Position numbers and translations under genes: made by a program. Below, piece by piece: positions 1 through 9,832 of a stretch of DNA of 64,000 nt. The notes beneath the pieces are model-generated. The model did not search any database. It was not told the DNA's origin and worked only from the letters and a program-made list of their open reading frames with translations. Origin of the DNA: an uncultured Candidatus Saccharibacteria bacterium (GTDB lineage Bacteria; Patescibacteriota; Doudnabacteria; UBA920); contig CAZHIA010000003.1 in assembly GCA_964532425.1 (NCBI GenBank), positions 5,594-69,593 on the forward strand. The letters are read 5' to 3'. Within the stretch, counting starts at the first letter, position 1. Every line of letters starts with the position of its first letter.

Positions 1-289
1 AGCCCTGCTCGGGATAATACAGGTACGCATACTTGATGCTGCCAATAAATTCGTAACGATTGAACAGTTCTACTTTCGACAGATCCAAATCCATACCCAT
101 TTCTTCCTTGATCTCCCGGACCAAGGCCAGGTCCGGCGTCTCTTCCCTTTCCGCTCCCCCGCCCCAAAATCCGAAATGGCTGGGAAGCACCCGGACATCA
201 GCGGATCTCCGTTGTAAGTAGACACGAAGCTCGTCCCCATCGCGCCTCAAAGGGATCAAAATTGAATTTTGTCGTTTTATGGCTTGCAT
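1..289 (-). CDS. NUDIX hydrolase (partial; C-terminus beyond window start)
   Basis: Reverse-strand ORF starting at ATG (complement 287-289). Translation MQAIKRQ...GGGAERKEETPDLALVREIKEEMG matches the Nudix box GX5EX7REUXEEXGU. Runs off the window edge. Confidence 0.7.
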   Translation of the reverse strand, partial: MQAIKRQNSILIPLRRDGDELRVYLQRRSADVRVLPSHFGFWGGGAEREETPDLALVREIKEEMGMDLDLSKVELFNRYEFIGSIKYAYLYYPEQG

Positions 290-299
290 AAGTAGAATA

Positions 300-328
300 T
301 TGACCTGAAACTGCTATTATTGTATCAT
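300..328 (+). promoter_or_regulatory. sigma70-like promoter: TTGACC, 17 nt spacer, TATCAT
   Basis: TTGACC at 300-305 and TATCAT at 323-328 with a 17-nt spacer, about 10 nt before the AAGGAGG RBS of the downstream HTH gene. Confidence 0.5.
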
Positions 329-351
329 TGTTCTACTTAAGGAGGAATACT

Positions 352-537
352 GTGGAATCGAATCCACTCCAACAAGCGCTCGCGGACTACTTTCAAAAAC
401 ACCCGAACACCGAACGGCAGCTTGCCGATGAGCTCCGTATTTCCCACCCCACGATGATGCGTTGGAAGAATGGCAGGAGCAGGCCGCATCGGGCAATCGA
501 AGACCAGACCATCGAGCACATCAAAGCCAAAACGTAG
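352..537 (+). CDS. small helix-turn-helix DNA-binding protein (XRE-like), 61 aa
   Basis: SD AAGGAGG at 339-345 followed by an in-frame GTG at 352. The motif QLADELRISHPTMMRWKNG is a typical HTH. The ORF track begins at a TTG at 328, but the GTG after the SD is the better start. A terminator follows. Confidence 0.55.
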   Translation: MESNPLQQALADYFQKHPNTERQLADELRISHPTMMRWKNGRSRPHRAIEDQTIEHIKAKT

Positions 538-540
538 CAC

Positions 541-576
541 CAAAAAGACCCTCAGCAATGAGGGTCTTATTTTTAT
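541..576. terminator. bidirectional rho-independent terminator (hairpin AAGACCCTCA/TGAGGGTCTT plus T-run)
   Basis: Perfect 10-bp stem at 545-568 flanked by T-runs on both strands. Sits between the convergent HTH gene and secA. Confidence 0.7.
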
Positions 577-3323
577 ATATTCTTTCCGTGGCACTTCTTA
601 AATTTTTTATGCGATCCATCAGGATTTTTCGCTCCACACGGGCAGGCATCGTTGCGGCCGACTTTGGCCAGGTCTTCGGGCGACATCTTGAGCTGGCTGG
701 CTAAGGCTGTCAAATCCCCGCTTCCGCCGGTTTGGACTGGGGCGCCGGAATCGGACTTGTTGAGTACCACCTGCTGCGGTGCCGCTTCTACGGTCTGAAT
801 GTTTACACCGACATGAAAAATGGTATAGACAATCTGTTTGTTGACTTCGGCTAGCATGCGCTGGAACATGGTATACCCTTCTTTCTTGTATTCCACCAGC
901 GGGTCGCGCTGGCCCCAGCCGCGCAAACGCACGCTGTCGCGCAAGTGATCCATGGTATCCAAGTGTTCCATCCAAAGATTGTCGACCGATTGCAGGGCCA
1001 CAAAACGCTGGGCACCTTCGAAGATCTCCTTACCCATTTGCTTTTCCCGCTGATTCCAAAAATCCTCAGCGAACTTATACAAGCCGTCGGCAATGGCGAA
1101 CTCGCGGTCAGCCGCGTTCCCGCTTTCTTCTTTGATCTTGTTCACCAGATTCTGATCCACCGGTATTATGGTCGCCACAGATTTAAGCAGCGCGTCCCAA
1201 TCTTCCTTTTTGCCGCCATTCTCATCAAACGAATTCAAATTGATAGTGACCAGCTCGGTGATTTCCTGCTTGACCAGGTCCAAAATTTCAGTCTTTAAAT
1301 CCACGTCTTTGCTTTCCGGCGAGCCGGCCAAGTAGCGTCTGCGCCGCTTGTAGATGACATTGCGCTGATGGTTTAAGACGTCGTCAAATTCCAATACATG
1401 TTTTCTGGTATCGAAGTTCAGACCTTCAATCTTCTTCTGTGCCTGTTCAATTGACTTGCTGACCATGCCGGCTTCAATGGGCTGGTCGTCCGGCAAACCA
1501 AGGGTGTTCATGAGATTCTTCATACGCTCGCCGCCGAACAGACGCATCAGGTCATCTTCCATGGACACGAAGAATTGCGAAGAGCCCGGGTCACCTTGGC
1601 GTCCGGCGCGACCACGTAACTGGTTGTCGATGCGGCGCGATTCATGCCGTTCAGTCCCCAATATATGCAGTCCGCCGGCTTCTCTTACAATTTTCGCTTC
1701 TTCAGCATCAACCGGGTTGCCGCCGAGCAGAATATCGACACCGCGGCCGGCAATATTCGTGGCTAAGGTAATCTGTCCTGGACGGCCAGCCTGGGACACG
1801 ATATGGGCTTCGCGTTCATGGTTCTTGGCGTTCAAAAGCTCGAAGGGCAGGCCTTCTTTTTTCAAATATTCAGCCAGCATTTCATTTTTAGCAATACTGA
1901 CCGTACCAATGAGCACGGGTTGTCCTTTTTGATAGCGTTGCTTGACCTCGGCAGCGATAGCTCTGAATTTGGCTTCTTCGGTCTTATAGACCGCGTCCTG
2001 CTGGTCGCCTCTCACCATCGGCTTGTTCGTCGGAATCTGTTCGACCGTGAGTCCGTAAATTTTGAAAAATTCTTCTTCTTCGGTCTTAGCCGTACCGGTC
2101 ATGCCGGACAACTTAAAATATAACCGGAACAAGTTCTGGAAGGTGATGGTGGCCAGCGTCTTGCTCTCCTGCTGGATTTTGACATTCTCCTTGGCTTCGA
2201 TGGCCTGGTGCAAGCCTTCGCTATACCTGCGTCCGAACATCAACCGTCCGGTGAACTCGTCAACGATGATAATTTCACCTTCGCGTACCACGTAATCGCG
2301 GTCTCGCTTGAACAAAGCCCGGGCACGCAACGCCTGCTCGATGTGGTGGATAGTAGCCACGCCTTTGCTGGTATCGTAAATATTGGGGACATTCAGAATT
2401 TTTTCGATCTTGGTAATACCCACGTCGGAAAGACTGGCTGCTTTGTGCTTTTCATCCACCGTATAATCCGCATTCTCTTCCAGCCGGTCCACTAGCTTGG
2501 CAAAATCGTAATACTTCTGGGTTGGTTCGGCATCGGGTGCGGAAATTATCAACGGGGTTCTGGCTTCATCGATCAAGATGGAGTCGACTTCGTCTACAAT
2601 GACAAAGAATAATTCGCGCTGGACCATCTGTTCGAAATGCTGGACCATATTGTCACGCAAATAGTCAAACCCGAACTCATTGTTCGTGCCATAGGTAATA
2701 TCGGCCCGATAAGCTTCCTTACGGGTAATAGGTCGCATATGTTTGACATCCATAACCAGCCCTTGCGTCTCCCCTTCCAGTCGCTCGATCTCTTCCTGTT
2801 CGGGCTTGTACTGGTTGTCGTATAAAAACGAAGCTTCATGCTGAATTGAAGCGACGGACAATCCTAAATACGCATAAATAGGGCCCATGAGACTCGCTTG
2901 CCAGCGTGCCAAATAATCGTTGACCGTCACCAAATGAGCGCCTTTACCGGCCAGCGCATACAAAACCAAGGGCAGTGTAGCGGTTAAGGTTTTACCTTCA
3001 CCGGTCTTCATTTCCGCGATTTTGCCATTTGAGAGGGTGAACCCGCCGACCAACTGTACGTCATAATGAAACTGGCCGATAGAGCGCTTGGCCGCTTCGC
3101 GGGTGAGAGCAAAAACGCGCGGCGCAATTTCGAGCAGCCGCTTCTGTTTGTCCTTGTCCGACTCCAGTTCGGTGAGTTGCATCCGAAAATCCAAAATTTC
3201 CTTCTGAATCTGCTCCTGGGTCAATGCCGCAACCTCATCTTTGCAGCCGTTTACTTCGTCAAGCTGGGACCTATATTTATCCAATGGGTTTTTATCCCCG
3301 AAAAGATTGCTTAAAAAAGACAT
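573..3323 (-). CDS. secA: preprotein translocase ATPase SecA
   Basis: 916-aa ORF with DEAD-like motor motifs and the C-terminal zinc-binding tail CPCGAKNPDGSHKKFKKCHG characteristic of SecA. Confidence 0.95.
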   Translation of the reverse strand: MSFLSNLFGDKNPLDKYRSQLDEVNGCKDEVAALTQEQIQKEILDFRMQLTELESDKDKQKRLLEIAPRVFALTREAAKRSIGQFHYDVQLVGGFTLSNGKIAEMKTGEGKTLTATLPLVLYALAGKGAHLVTVNDYLARWQASLMGPIYAYLGLSVASIQHEASFLYDNQYKPEQEEIERLEGETQGLVMDVKHMRPITRKEAYRADITYGTNNEFGFDYLRDNMVQHFEQMVQRELFFVIVDEVDSILIDEARTPLIISAPDAEPTQKYYDFAKLVDRLEENADYTVDEKHKAASLSDVGITKIEKILNVPNIYDTSKGVATIHHIEQALRARALFKRDRDYVVREGEIIIVDEFTGRLMFGRRYSEGLHQAIEAKENVKIQQESKTLATITFQNLFRLYFKLSGMTGTAKTEEEEFFKIYGLTVEQIPTNKPMVRGDQQDAVYKTEEAKFRAIAAEVKQRYQKGQPVLIGTVSIAKNEMLAEYLKKEGLPFELLNAKNHEREAHIVSQAGRPGQITLATNIAGRGVDILLGGNPVDAEEAKIVREAGGLHILGTERHESRRIDNQLRGRAGRQGDPGSSQFFVSMEDDLMRLFGGERMKNLMNTLGLPDDQPIEAGMVSKSIEQAQKKIEGLNFDTRKHVLEFDDVLNHQRNVIYKRRRRYLAGSPESKDVDLKTEILDLVKQEITELVTINLNSFDENGGKKEDWDALLKSVATIIPVDQNLVNKIKEESGNAADREFAIADGLYKFAEDFWNQREKQMGKEIFEGAQRFVALQSVDNLWMEHLDTMDHLRDSVRLRGWGQRDPLVEYKKEGYTMFQRMLAEVNKQIVYTIFHVGVNIQTVEAAPQQVVLNKSDSGAPVQTGGSGDLTALASQLKMSPEDLAKVGRNDACPCGAKNPDGSHKKFKKCHGKNI

Positions 3324-3398
3324 AATAACGAAAAGTCCTTTCTGGTGGAATACCGTTTAACCAGATAATTGTACCAGAAAAGTCCCTTTTTGACCACC

Positions 3399-3432
3399 AT
3401 ATATAAAATAGGGAACGGGCCAGCCCGTTCCC
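3399..3432 (-). terminator. rho-independent terminator downstream of hpf
   Basis: Hairpin GGGAACGGGC..GCCCGTTCCC followed on the minus strand by TATTTTATATAT. Confidence 0.6.
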
Positions 3433-3445
3433 TGCGAGTGCGTAT

Positions 3446-3775
3446 TTATATCAATTCTTTCAATGGTTTTTTTCGGCGGCGCTGGGTAACTTTCTTTGCT
3501 TTCGTTTTAGTCAGCTGCTCCTTGATTTTAGGCAGCACCAGGTCAAAGGCCGCATAAATATCCAAGCCCCGCGCTTCGGCATAATGTCCCCTGGGTTGAA
3601 TGTCGATCTCCGCGCGGAACGGCGGCTCCTTGGTCCGCTTTTTATCAACTTCAATCTCTACGCGGATCTTGTCTTCGGGCTTGATAAACTTGGACAAAGC
3701 ATCTAGCTTATCTTCTATAAATGACTGGATCGCCGGGGTCAGGGTGGTATTGGTGGCCTTGATGTTTAGGTTCAT
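3446..3775 (-). CDS. hpf: ribosome hibernation promoting factor / ribosome-associated inhibitor (HPF/RaiA family)
   Basis: [30 protein letters not shown]...[20 protein letters not shown] matches the sigma-54 modulation / YfiA family. Start placed at the internal Met (complement 3773-3775). Confidence 0.8.
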   Translation of the reverse strand: MNLNIKATNTTLTPAIQSFIEDKLDALSKFIKPEDKIRVEIEVDKKRTKEPPFRAEIDIQPRGHYAEARGLDIYAAFDLVLPKIKEQLTKTKAKKVTQRRRKKPLKELI

Positions 3776-3865
3776 AAGATTAGTGATTAGTGAATAGTAA
3801 TTAGTAAATAGTGATAAAACAGCACCCAAACTCTTCGCTTAACACTAAGCACTATTAGCTACACG

Positions 3866-3876
3866 TATTATATCAG
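3866..3876 (-). promoter_or_regulatory. extended -10 element TGATATAAT upstream of hpf
   Basis: Minus strand reads GTCTGATATAATACG, a TGnTATAAT extended -10. It is followed by a repetitive CACTAAT-rich 5' leader. Confidence 0.35.
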
Positions 3877-3893
3877 ACGGGCCATGTGGATGG

Positions 3894-4964
3894 CTAAAAT
3901 CCCACGAATTCCGGCTCAATTTCCAGGTCCACGTCAAATGCTTCTTTTATAGTCCGCAGCACATAGTCCCGCAGTTCCAACACGTCCCGCGCGGTAGCTG
4001 TTCCGGTCGCATTCAATACAATAGCAGGCTGTCGGGGGTTAACCTGCGCACCTCCGACTTGGAACCCCTTCAAATTGGCAATATCCAAAAGGAAAGCCGT
4101 GGGTGTCTTATATCCTTGAGGTACGCGCAGCCGGTCTTTCATTGCCGCTAGTCGCGTTGCCGCTTCCTGCCCGTACTTCTCAGATACAACCGTTTCTATC
4201 CGTACCAGATGCTCTTCGGTGATCAGCGGGCCGCGGAAGAACGACCCAGCGCTTCCATTAACCGGTCCTGAGGGATACGGGAATTTGGTATCCCGGATGG
4301 CTGTGATTGCTTCTCGGATCTGCTGCTGGTTAGGATTTTGGATACCACGATCGGTAAAATATTTCTGAACATCTCCATACGAAATGTTTGGCGCCGGTAG
4401 TTTGGACAATTCGAGAGTCACCGACAAAATGACATAAGCTCCCCTTCTCGTCGTGTTAAAAATACTCTTACGGTATTCAAAAGAGCACTCCTTATTGGAC
4501 ACGGTTTTAATCTGGCCGTCCGCGATATCGAACACCTCGACGTTTTTTACCACCTGGCTCGCTTCTTGGCCGTACGCCCCGACGTTCTGGACTGCAAAAG
4601 CGCCGCACGTACCCGGTATATGCGAAAGGTTCTCCATCCCCCACCAGCCGCGTTCCACCGCCCAAGCTACGGCATGGTCCCAATCTTCGCCAGCTGCAAG
4701 TTTAATCGCAACATGAGTATCTGTCTCCTCAATAATCTCTCGCCCCTCCATGGAGGGGTGAATAACCAACCCATGGAAACCTTCATCGGAAACTAAAATA
4801 TTGCTGCCGCCTCCCAATATAAAAACTGGCAAACGGCGCTCTGCCGCATAACCAAAAGCTGTCTGGAGATCTTCTACAGACCGAGGTTCACAATAATGTG
4901 TCGCCGGCCCGCCGATAACAAAAGTGGTCAGCGGCGCAAGCGGTATATTGTTCCGAATTTCCAT
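3894..4964 (-). CDS. murB: UDP-N-acetylenolpyruvoylglucosamine reductase MurB
   Basis: N-terminal FAD-binding PCMH signature LAPLTTFVIGGPA...ILGGGSNILV. The 356-aa length fits MurB. Adjacent to murC. Confidence 0.85.
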   Translation of the reverse strand: MEIRNNIPLAPLTTFVIGGPATHYCEPRSVEDLQTAFGYAAERRLPVFILGGGSNILVSDEGFHGLVIHPSMEGREIIEETDTHVAIKLAAGEDWDHAVAWAVERGWWGMENLSHIPGTCGAFAVQNVGAYGQEASQVVKNVEVFDIADGQIKTVSNKECSFEYRKSIFNTTRRGAYVILSVTLELSKLPAPNISYGDVQKYFTDRGIQNPNQQQIREAITAIRDTKFPYPSGPVNGSAGSFFRGPLITEEHLVRIETVVSEKYGQEAATRLAAMKDRLRVPQGYKTPTAFLLDIANLKGFQVGGAQVNPRQPAIVLNATGTATARDVLELRDYVLRTIKEAFDVDLEIEPEFVGF

Positions 4965-4970
4965 GTATGT

Positions 4971-6425
4971 TTAGAGATTGTCTTTGAGCTCGTATGCCAG
5001 CTTGTTGAATGACCCCACAGCCATGACAATAATCACATCGTTCGGCTGGGCGTGCTGTTTAAGCAAATCCAAAGCTTCCTGCTTAGTATGAACAAGATGT
5101 TTGCGTTCATCGGGCAGTTCGAGGGCCTGGACCACCTCTTCTGAGGTGATAGTAGCATCTTTCGCTGACTCCCGCGCGGGATAAATTTTGGAGATGACCG
5201 CCTCATCAGCCGCGTCGAACGCTTTGGAAAGTTCAGGAAGCGTGGCTTTGGTCCGGCTAAAGGTGTGTGGCTCGAATACGGCCCAAATCTTGGCATTGGG
5301 ATAGCGAGTCCGCGCGGCTTCCAAAGTTTCCTTGACCGCAGTCGGGTGGTGGGCATAATCATCAATAAGCGTTATACCATTCTTCTTACCGACCAATTCA
5401 AATCGCCGCTTAACCCCCAAATAACTTGCCAGTTCCAGCATAATCTGATCTTGCGGAAATCCCAGCGCTCTGAGCAATGCCACCCCTGCCAATGCGTTAT
5501 AGACGTTGATCTTTCCAGGAAGCTGGATTTTATACTGCTCAGTTTTGTCCATCAGTTGCTGCGTCAAATCCCGAGAAAATTTATTACGCACTTCGATTGT
5601 GGTAAATTCTTCCCCATATTCGACCGTAACTGCCTTATAATCAGCTTCGTTATCTATGCCAAAACTGACGCTGCTGACTTCGGTCCGATTGATGAGTTTA
5701 CTTAAATTTACATCATCCGCATTGTAGATGATCAGCGCGTCTTCGGGCAGATTCGCAATAAGCAGGGAAAATTCTTCCTCCATAGCCTCGAGATTCTCAA
5801 ATACGTCAGGATGGTCGAATTCCAAATTTGTCAGCACCGCAATGTCAGGCCTATAGTAATGGAATTTTGGCGTCGGATCATCAAATTCCGATTTGTACTC
5901 ATCGCCTTCGAACACGACATAATGGCCATCGCCCCAATGAAAATTGCTGCCATAATTTTGCAGTACAGCACCAGCCACGAAACTACTATCATCAAGATTC
6001 TTGAGCAAGTGGCCAACCAGTCCAGTGGTGGTGGATTTGCCGTGTGTGCCTGCTACAACAATGCGCAAGGAACTTTTGGTCAGTTCCCCTAAGAGCTCCG
6101 CGAACGAACAATGTCGCAAACCATGTTCTATGATATATTTTACTTCCGGATTTTGCATACCCTCACCGGCGGAAAGTATATGCAAGTCCGCCTTGGCGTT
6201 CTGGACCCGTTCCGCGTTATAGCCTACTTCGTACGGAATTTTTTCTCGGTCTAAAACGTCTTTGGACGGCGAATAAACCTCTGTGCTGTCGGAACCCGAA
6301 ACCTCATAGCCGAGTTGTTTTGCTATGCCTGCGGCAGCGGACATGGCAATGCCGCCGATGCCAACAAAATATATTTTAGCGCCAGGTTGGAGAATTTCTT
6401 CAAGGGATTGTTCGGTTTGAGTCAT
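4971..6425 (-). CDS. murC: UDP-N-acetylmuramate--L-alanine ligase MurC
   Basis: Mur ligase motifs IYFVGIGGIAMSAAA and GTHGKSTTTGL. Start chosen at the internal Met (MTQTEQ...) typical of the MurC N-terminus. Confidence 0.9.
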   Translation of the reverse strand: MTQTEQSLEEILQPGAKIYFVGIGGIAMSAAAGIAKQLGYEVSGSDSTEVYSPSKDVLDREKIPYEVGYNAERVQNAKADLHILSAGEGMQNPEVKYIIEHGLRHCSFAELLGELTKSSLRIVVAGTHGKSTTTGLVGHLLKNLDDSSFVAGAVLQNYGSNFHWGDGHYVVFEGDEYKSEFDDPTPKFHYYRPDIAVLTNLEFDHPDVFENLEAMEEEFSLLIANLPEDALIIYNADDVNLSKLINRTEVSSVSFGIDNEADYKAVTVEYGEEFTTIEVRNKFSRDLTQQLMDKTEQYKIQLPGKINVYNALAGVALLRALGFPQDQIMLELASYLGVKRRFELVGKKNGITLIDDYAHHPTAVKETLEAARTRYPNAKIWAVFEPHTFSRTKATLPELSKAFDAADEAVISKIYPARESAKDATITSEEVVQALELPDERKHLVHTKQEALDLLKQHAQPNDVIIVMAVGSFNKLAYELKDNL

Positions 6426-6541
6426 AACTGAAGCCAACATTTGACATTTAACCATTAACATTTGACCACCTTGGGCTTTGTCAAAGGTCAAATGTCACAT
6501 GTTAAATGTTATATTTTAATTGTTAATGGTTAATTGTTGAT
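6426..6541. repeat. intergenic word-repeat / palindromic element (ACATTTGACC / GGTCAAATGT family)
   Basis: TGACATTTAACCATTAACATTTGACC ... CAAAGGTCAAATGTCACATGTTAAATGTT ... TTAATGGTTAATTG. Contains the inverted copy of the ACATGTGACATTTGACCTTTG core also found at 26409 and 29713. Confidence 0.7.
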
Positions 6542-7516
6542 TTATGTTTTCACCATCTGTTTCGCTTTTTCTTCAATCAAAAGTTTAATCTGCGCGGCAT
6601 ATTCCGCGGCGACTTCCCGTCCGGCACTGTAGTAGGGTTCAAATTGGAAAATTTTACTACGATGCAATAACGGGATATCCGGAGTGATCATTAAATCGCA
6701 TGACCAGTCTTGCTGCCGCTCTTCCTGTTTACTGGCCTTAATGGCCAAATCCAGACTTTTGCCAAGGACCGTAAAAATTCCCGGCTTTTCTTCCAAATCA
6801 ACCTCGTCTTCATTCCGTAACCCATTCATCCACGACTCGATCTGTTCGATAAAGAATAACTTCCGTAAAACCCGGATAATGCGGTGCAGATTGAGCTGTG
6901 TTTCGGTAAATATGAACTTTGTGCCCCGCATGTTGATGCCGATCTTAATATCCATTCCCGCCTCATGCAATATATGCAAAGGCACCTGATTTAAAAGACC
7001 ACCGTCAACGAGCGTTCTTCCACCCCACTTCGCAGGCTCGAAAATTCCCGGTAAGGTACAGGAAATACGTGCAGCTTTAGCGATATCACCCATGGATAGC
7101 AGCACGAGTTCCCCGTTTTCGATGTCTACGGCTAAAAATCCAAGCAGCGGCCGCACTTCTTCAAAGGCCATATTGCCGGTGTACTTCCGAAGTTCTTCCT
7201 CAAGCAGGTCCAAGGAGTAGAGCCCGCCCTTATTCTGACTAGGAACGATTAAGCCGCGTAAAAATTTCTCATCGATCGATGAGAAGGTATCTTTCAACTC
7301 ACGCAGCTTCCCACAAGCGAATGCAGCTGCAACCAGAGAACCCCCAGAGCTGGCGGCGATATAATCGATGGGTATACCCTGCTCGGCCAGGACTTCCAAA
7401 AAGCCAATATAGAAAGTGATCCGGTTACCGGACCCGCTCAGCGCCAGGCCGACCGTCGGCCGGCTACTGCCAGGTAAATTACCCATGGAGAGCATGTTTA
7501 ATAATAATGTCCGCAA
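6542..7516 (-). CDS. patatin-like phospholipase
   Basis: GLALSGSGNRITF oxyanion motif and AASSGGS (GxSxG) serine motif. The 5' end overlaps the murG 3' end, and alternative starts at 7495 or 7486 are possible. Confidence 0.8.
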   Translation of the reverse strand: MRTLLLNMLSMGNLPGSSRPTVGLALSGSGNRITFYIGFLEVLAEQGIPIDYIAASSGGSLVAAAFACGKLRELKDTFSSIDEKFLRGLIVPSQNKGGLYSLDLLEEELRKYTGNMAFEEVRPLLGFLAVDIENGELVLLSMGDIAKAARISCTLPGIFEPAKWGGRTLVDGGLLNQVPLHILHEAGMDIKIGINMRGTKFIFTETQLNLHRIIRVLRKLFFIEQIESWMNGLRNEDEVDLEEKPGIFTVLGKSLDLAIKASKQEERQQDWSCDLMITPDIPLLHRSKIFQFEPYYSAGREVAAEYAAQIKLLIEEKAKQMVKT

Positions 7517-8567
7517 TTCCGCGCGCGCCGTCTTTCGGCATAATGTGCGAGATGTTGTTTTTCAATTCTTTCTGCAATGTGATATTAAATAGCAGTTTCC
7601 TGATCACGCGGACGAGCAGCTCGGGTTCCGCGGCTTCCTGTTCGATCACAATGGCCGCGCGCGCCCTGCCGAGCAGTTCGCCATTCTGTTCCTGGTGGCT
7701 GCTTGGCATAGGGATGATTATAGCAAGCTTGCTCAGGTTCGACAACTCCGTAATAGTGGCCAGGCCTGCCCGGCCGAGCACAATGTCCGCCGCAGCGTAG
7801 GCGTCTCCCATATTATTGATAAACGGGTGGGGCTGGTATCGCGGAGCCGGGACCGCCGCAGTCCGCCCCCCGGTCACATGCAACACCTGGATGTACTTGG
7901 TCAGCTCAGGCACGGCTTTCGCGATAAGAGAGTTAATAAAACTGGCGCCTGTCCCGCCGCCGAACGCCAACAGAACCGGCATGTGACTATCGAGTCCGAA
8001 CGCCTTCAGCCCTTGTTCTCGGGAAATTCCAACCAGCTCTTTCCTGAACGGATTGCCAGTTACGACGACCTTGGACTGCGAATCTTTATAGTCGAGGCCT
8101 GCACCCGAAGTGAAATCCTTTTCAGAACTTTCGAATGTCACCGTAATTTTTTTTGCACACATTTGGCACAGCACATTAGCCAGGCTAGGGACGACATCCT
8201 GCTGGTGAATAATGACCGGCACCCGCTTCAACCAGGCCGCCCACAGAACAGGAACTTGGACAAAACTGCCGGTCCCGAATACGACATCAGGTTTAAACTT
8301 TCCAATAAGCTGTAACGACTGGAAGAATCCCACTATCACCTGAAAGGGCATGACGAAATTGGCAAAAGAAAAATATCTTCGCAATTTGCCCGCAGTGATG
8401 GGAACGAATGGGATGCCCGCATTGGCCACCATCCCCTCCTCCGGCCCTTTTTTGGTGCCGATCATGAGGAATTCTGTTTTATTCTTTTGTTCCCTAATTT
8501 CCCGGGCGACCGCGAGCAGTGGAGAGACTGACCCCCCGGTGCCTCCGCCGACAAAAAGAATTTTCAT
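7479..8567 (-). CDS. murG: undecaprenyldiphospho-muramoylpentapeptide beta-N-acetylglucosaminyltransferase MurG
   Basis: MKILFVGGGTGGSVSPLLAVA is the MurG G-loop. Start placed at the internal Met (complement 8565-8567). Confidence 0.85.
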   Translation of the reverse strand: MKILFVGGGTGGSVSPLLAVAREIREQKNKTEFLMIGTKKGPEEGMVANAGIPFVPITAGKLRRYFSFANFVMPFQVIVGFFQSLQLIGKFKPDVVFGTGSFVQVPVLWAAWLKRVPVIIHQQDVVPSLANVLCQMCAKKITVTFESSEKDFTSGAGLDYKDSQSKVVVTGNPFRKELVGISREQGLKAFGLDSHMPVLLAFGGGTGASFINSLIAKAVPELTKYIQVLHVTGGRTAAVPAPRYQPHPFINNMGDAYAAADIVLGRAGLATITELSNLSKLAIIIPMPSSHQEQNGELLGRARAAIVIEQEAAEPELLVRVIRKLLFNITLQKELKNNISHIMPKDGARGIADIIIKHALHG

Positions 8568-8710
8568 ACGATACAACAATCTAGTTAATGGAGTAATCTC
8601 TAATATCGCGAATACAGCGCAAATATACAAATGACTATTGGCCGCTCAAAGAAATAAAGGACGGTGTGCTATATTCGTATATTTGTGCTTGATTCGTATA
8701 TTCGAGATTA

Positions 8711-9832
8711 CTATACAACTTGTTTATATATTTCCATCGTTTCCCGCGCTGCCTTTGCCCAGTCAAACAACTCGCTGCGTTTGAGGCTGTTTATCTGGAG
8801 CTGCTGGTGGAACTGGATATCTTGCGCCAGCAGATGCAATTTTTCGGCAATATCTTCAGGGTCGAGCGGGTTAAAATAAATAGCGGCATTATCATACACC
8901 TCGTTGAACACTTCCAGGTTTGAGACAGCCAGCGGCAAGCCGAATTTCATGGCTTCCACCCCCGGCAGGCCGAAGCCCTCATGCAGCGAAGCGGAGACAA
9001 AGGCATGGGCGCCGCGATACAACGCTGAAAGTTCCTTATCAGTCACATATCCGGTAAATACCAAATGGTCGCGGAACTTGATATCCATGGCTTTGTATTT
9101 CACTTCCGGGTAATGTTTATCCTCTTTTCCGGCAATGACCAGATCAATGTCGTGCCGGTATTTCTTCAGCAGCACATCGAGTCCCCGGGTCAAACTTTTG
9201 ATATTCTTTTTCCGTTCTAGTACGCCAACAAAAAGGAAATATGGCCGGTGCAGCAGGAATCCGGCCCTTACCCGGTCAATGTCACTGGCAGGAACCTCTG
9301 TGGCGAGTGATGTTCCCTCGTACACAACTGAAATCTTCTCAAGCGGAACTTGCAAATAGGATGCGATATCCTTTTTACTGTACTCGGACACCGTAATAAT
9401 GCGCTTACTGCGATGGGCAGCATTCTCAATCACTTTCTTGTACGCCCAAAAATGGATAAGATGGGATTTCTTGGCCCCACTGATCTTATGATGCACCATA
9501 TCGTGGATGGTCACTACATAAGGCCGCTTGTACATTAATGGTACATTGAAGTTCGGAAAATGCATCAGGTCTAGCTGATAAGAGTTCAGCAGCTGTAGAA
9601 ATTTAGTCTGCTCCATCAATGAATAATGGCGAAACGGGGCACTTACGAGCGAAACATTCCCGAGGCCGGAGAATGCCTGCAGATCCTTCTGGTCCGCATC
9701 CAAACCATGGTAAAACAATACGTATGAATTGACGGTGTCCAGCGTGACGATATTTTTCACCAATTCGAAAACATACCTTCCAATACCGCCATGGCGGTTT
9801 CCGAGCATGCGAATATCAATACCGATCTTCAT
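8711..9832 (-). CDS. glycosyltransferase family 1 (GT4)
   Basis: C-terminal EGFGLPGVEAM motif of GT-B retaining glycosyltransferases. 4-bp ATGA overlap with the upstream GT gene. Confidence 0.8.
   Translation of the reverse strand: MKIGIDIRMLGNRHGGIGRYVFELVKNIVTLDTVNSYVLFYHGLDADQKDLQAFSGLGNVSLVSAPFRHYSLMEQTKFLQLLNSYQLDLMHFPNFNVPLMYKRPYVVTIHDMVHHKISGAKKSHLIHFWAYKKVIENAAHRSKRIITVSEYSKKDIASYLQVPLEKISVVYEGTSLATEVPASDIDRVRAGFLLHRPYFLFVGVLERKKNIKSLTRGLDVLLKKYRHDIDLVIAGKEDKHYPEVKYKAMDIKFRDHLVFTGYVTDKELSALYRGAHAFVSASLHEGFGLPGVEAMKFGLPLAVSNLEVFNEVYDNAAIYFNPLDPEDIAEKLHLLAQDIQFHQQLQINSLKRSELFDWAKAARETMEIYKQVV

Noticed and set aside
328-351. TTG start at 328 for the HTH gene, as suggested by the ORF track
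   Set aside because: The AAGGAGG SD lies inside that extension and is correctly spaced for the in-frame GTG at 352, so the shorter form is preferred.
7695-8315. 206-aa plus-strand ORF inside murG
   Set aside because: Antisense to a well-supported MurG CDS with an Arg/Ser-rich low-complexity translation. Typical shadow ORF in GC-rich coding sequence.
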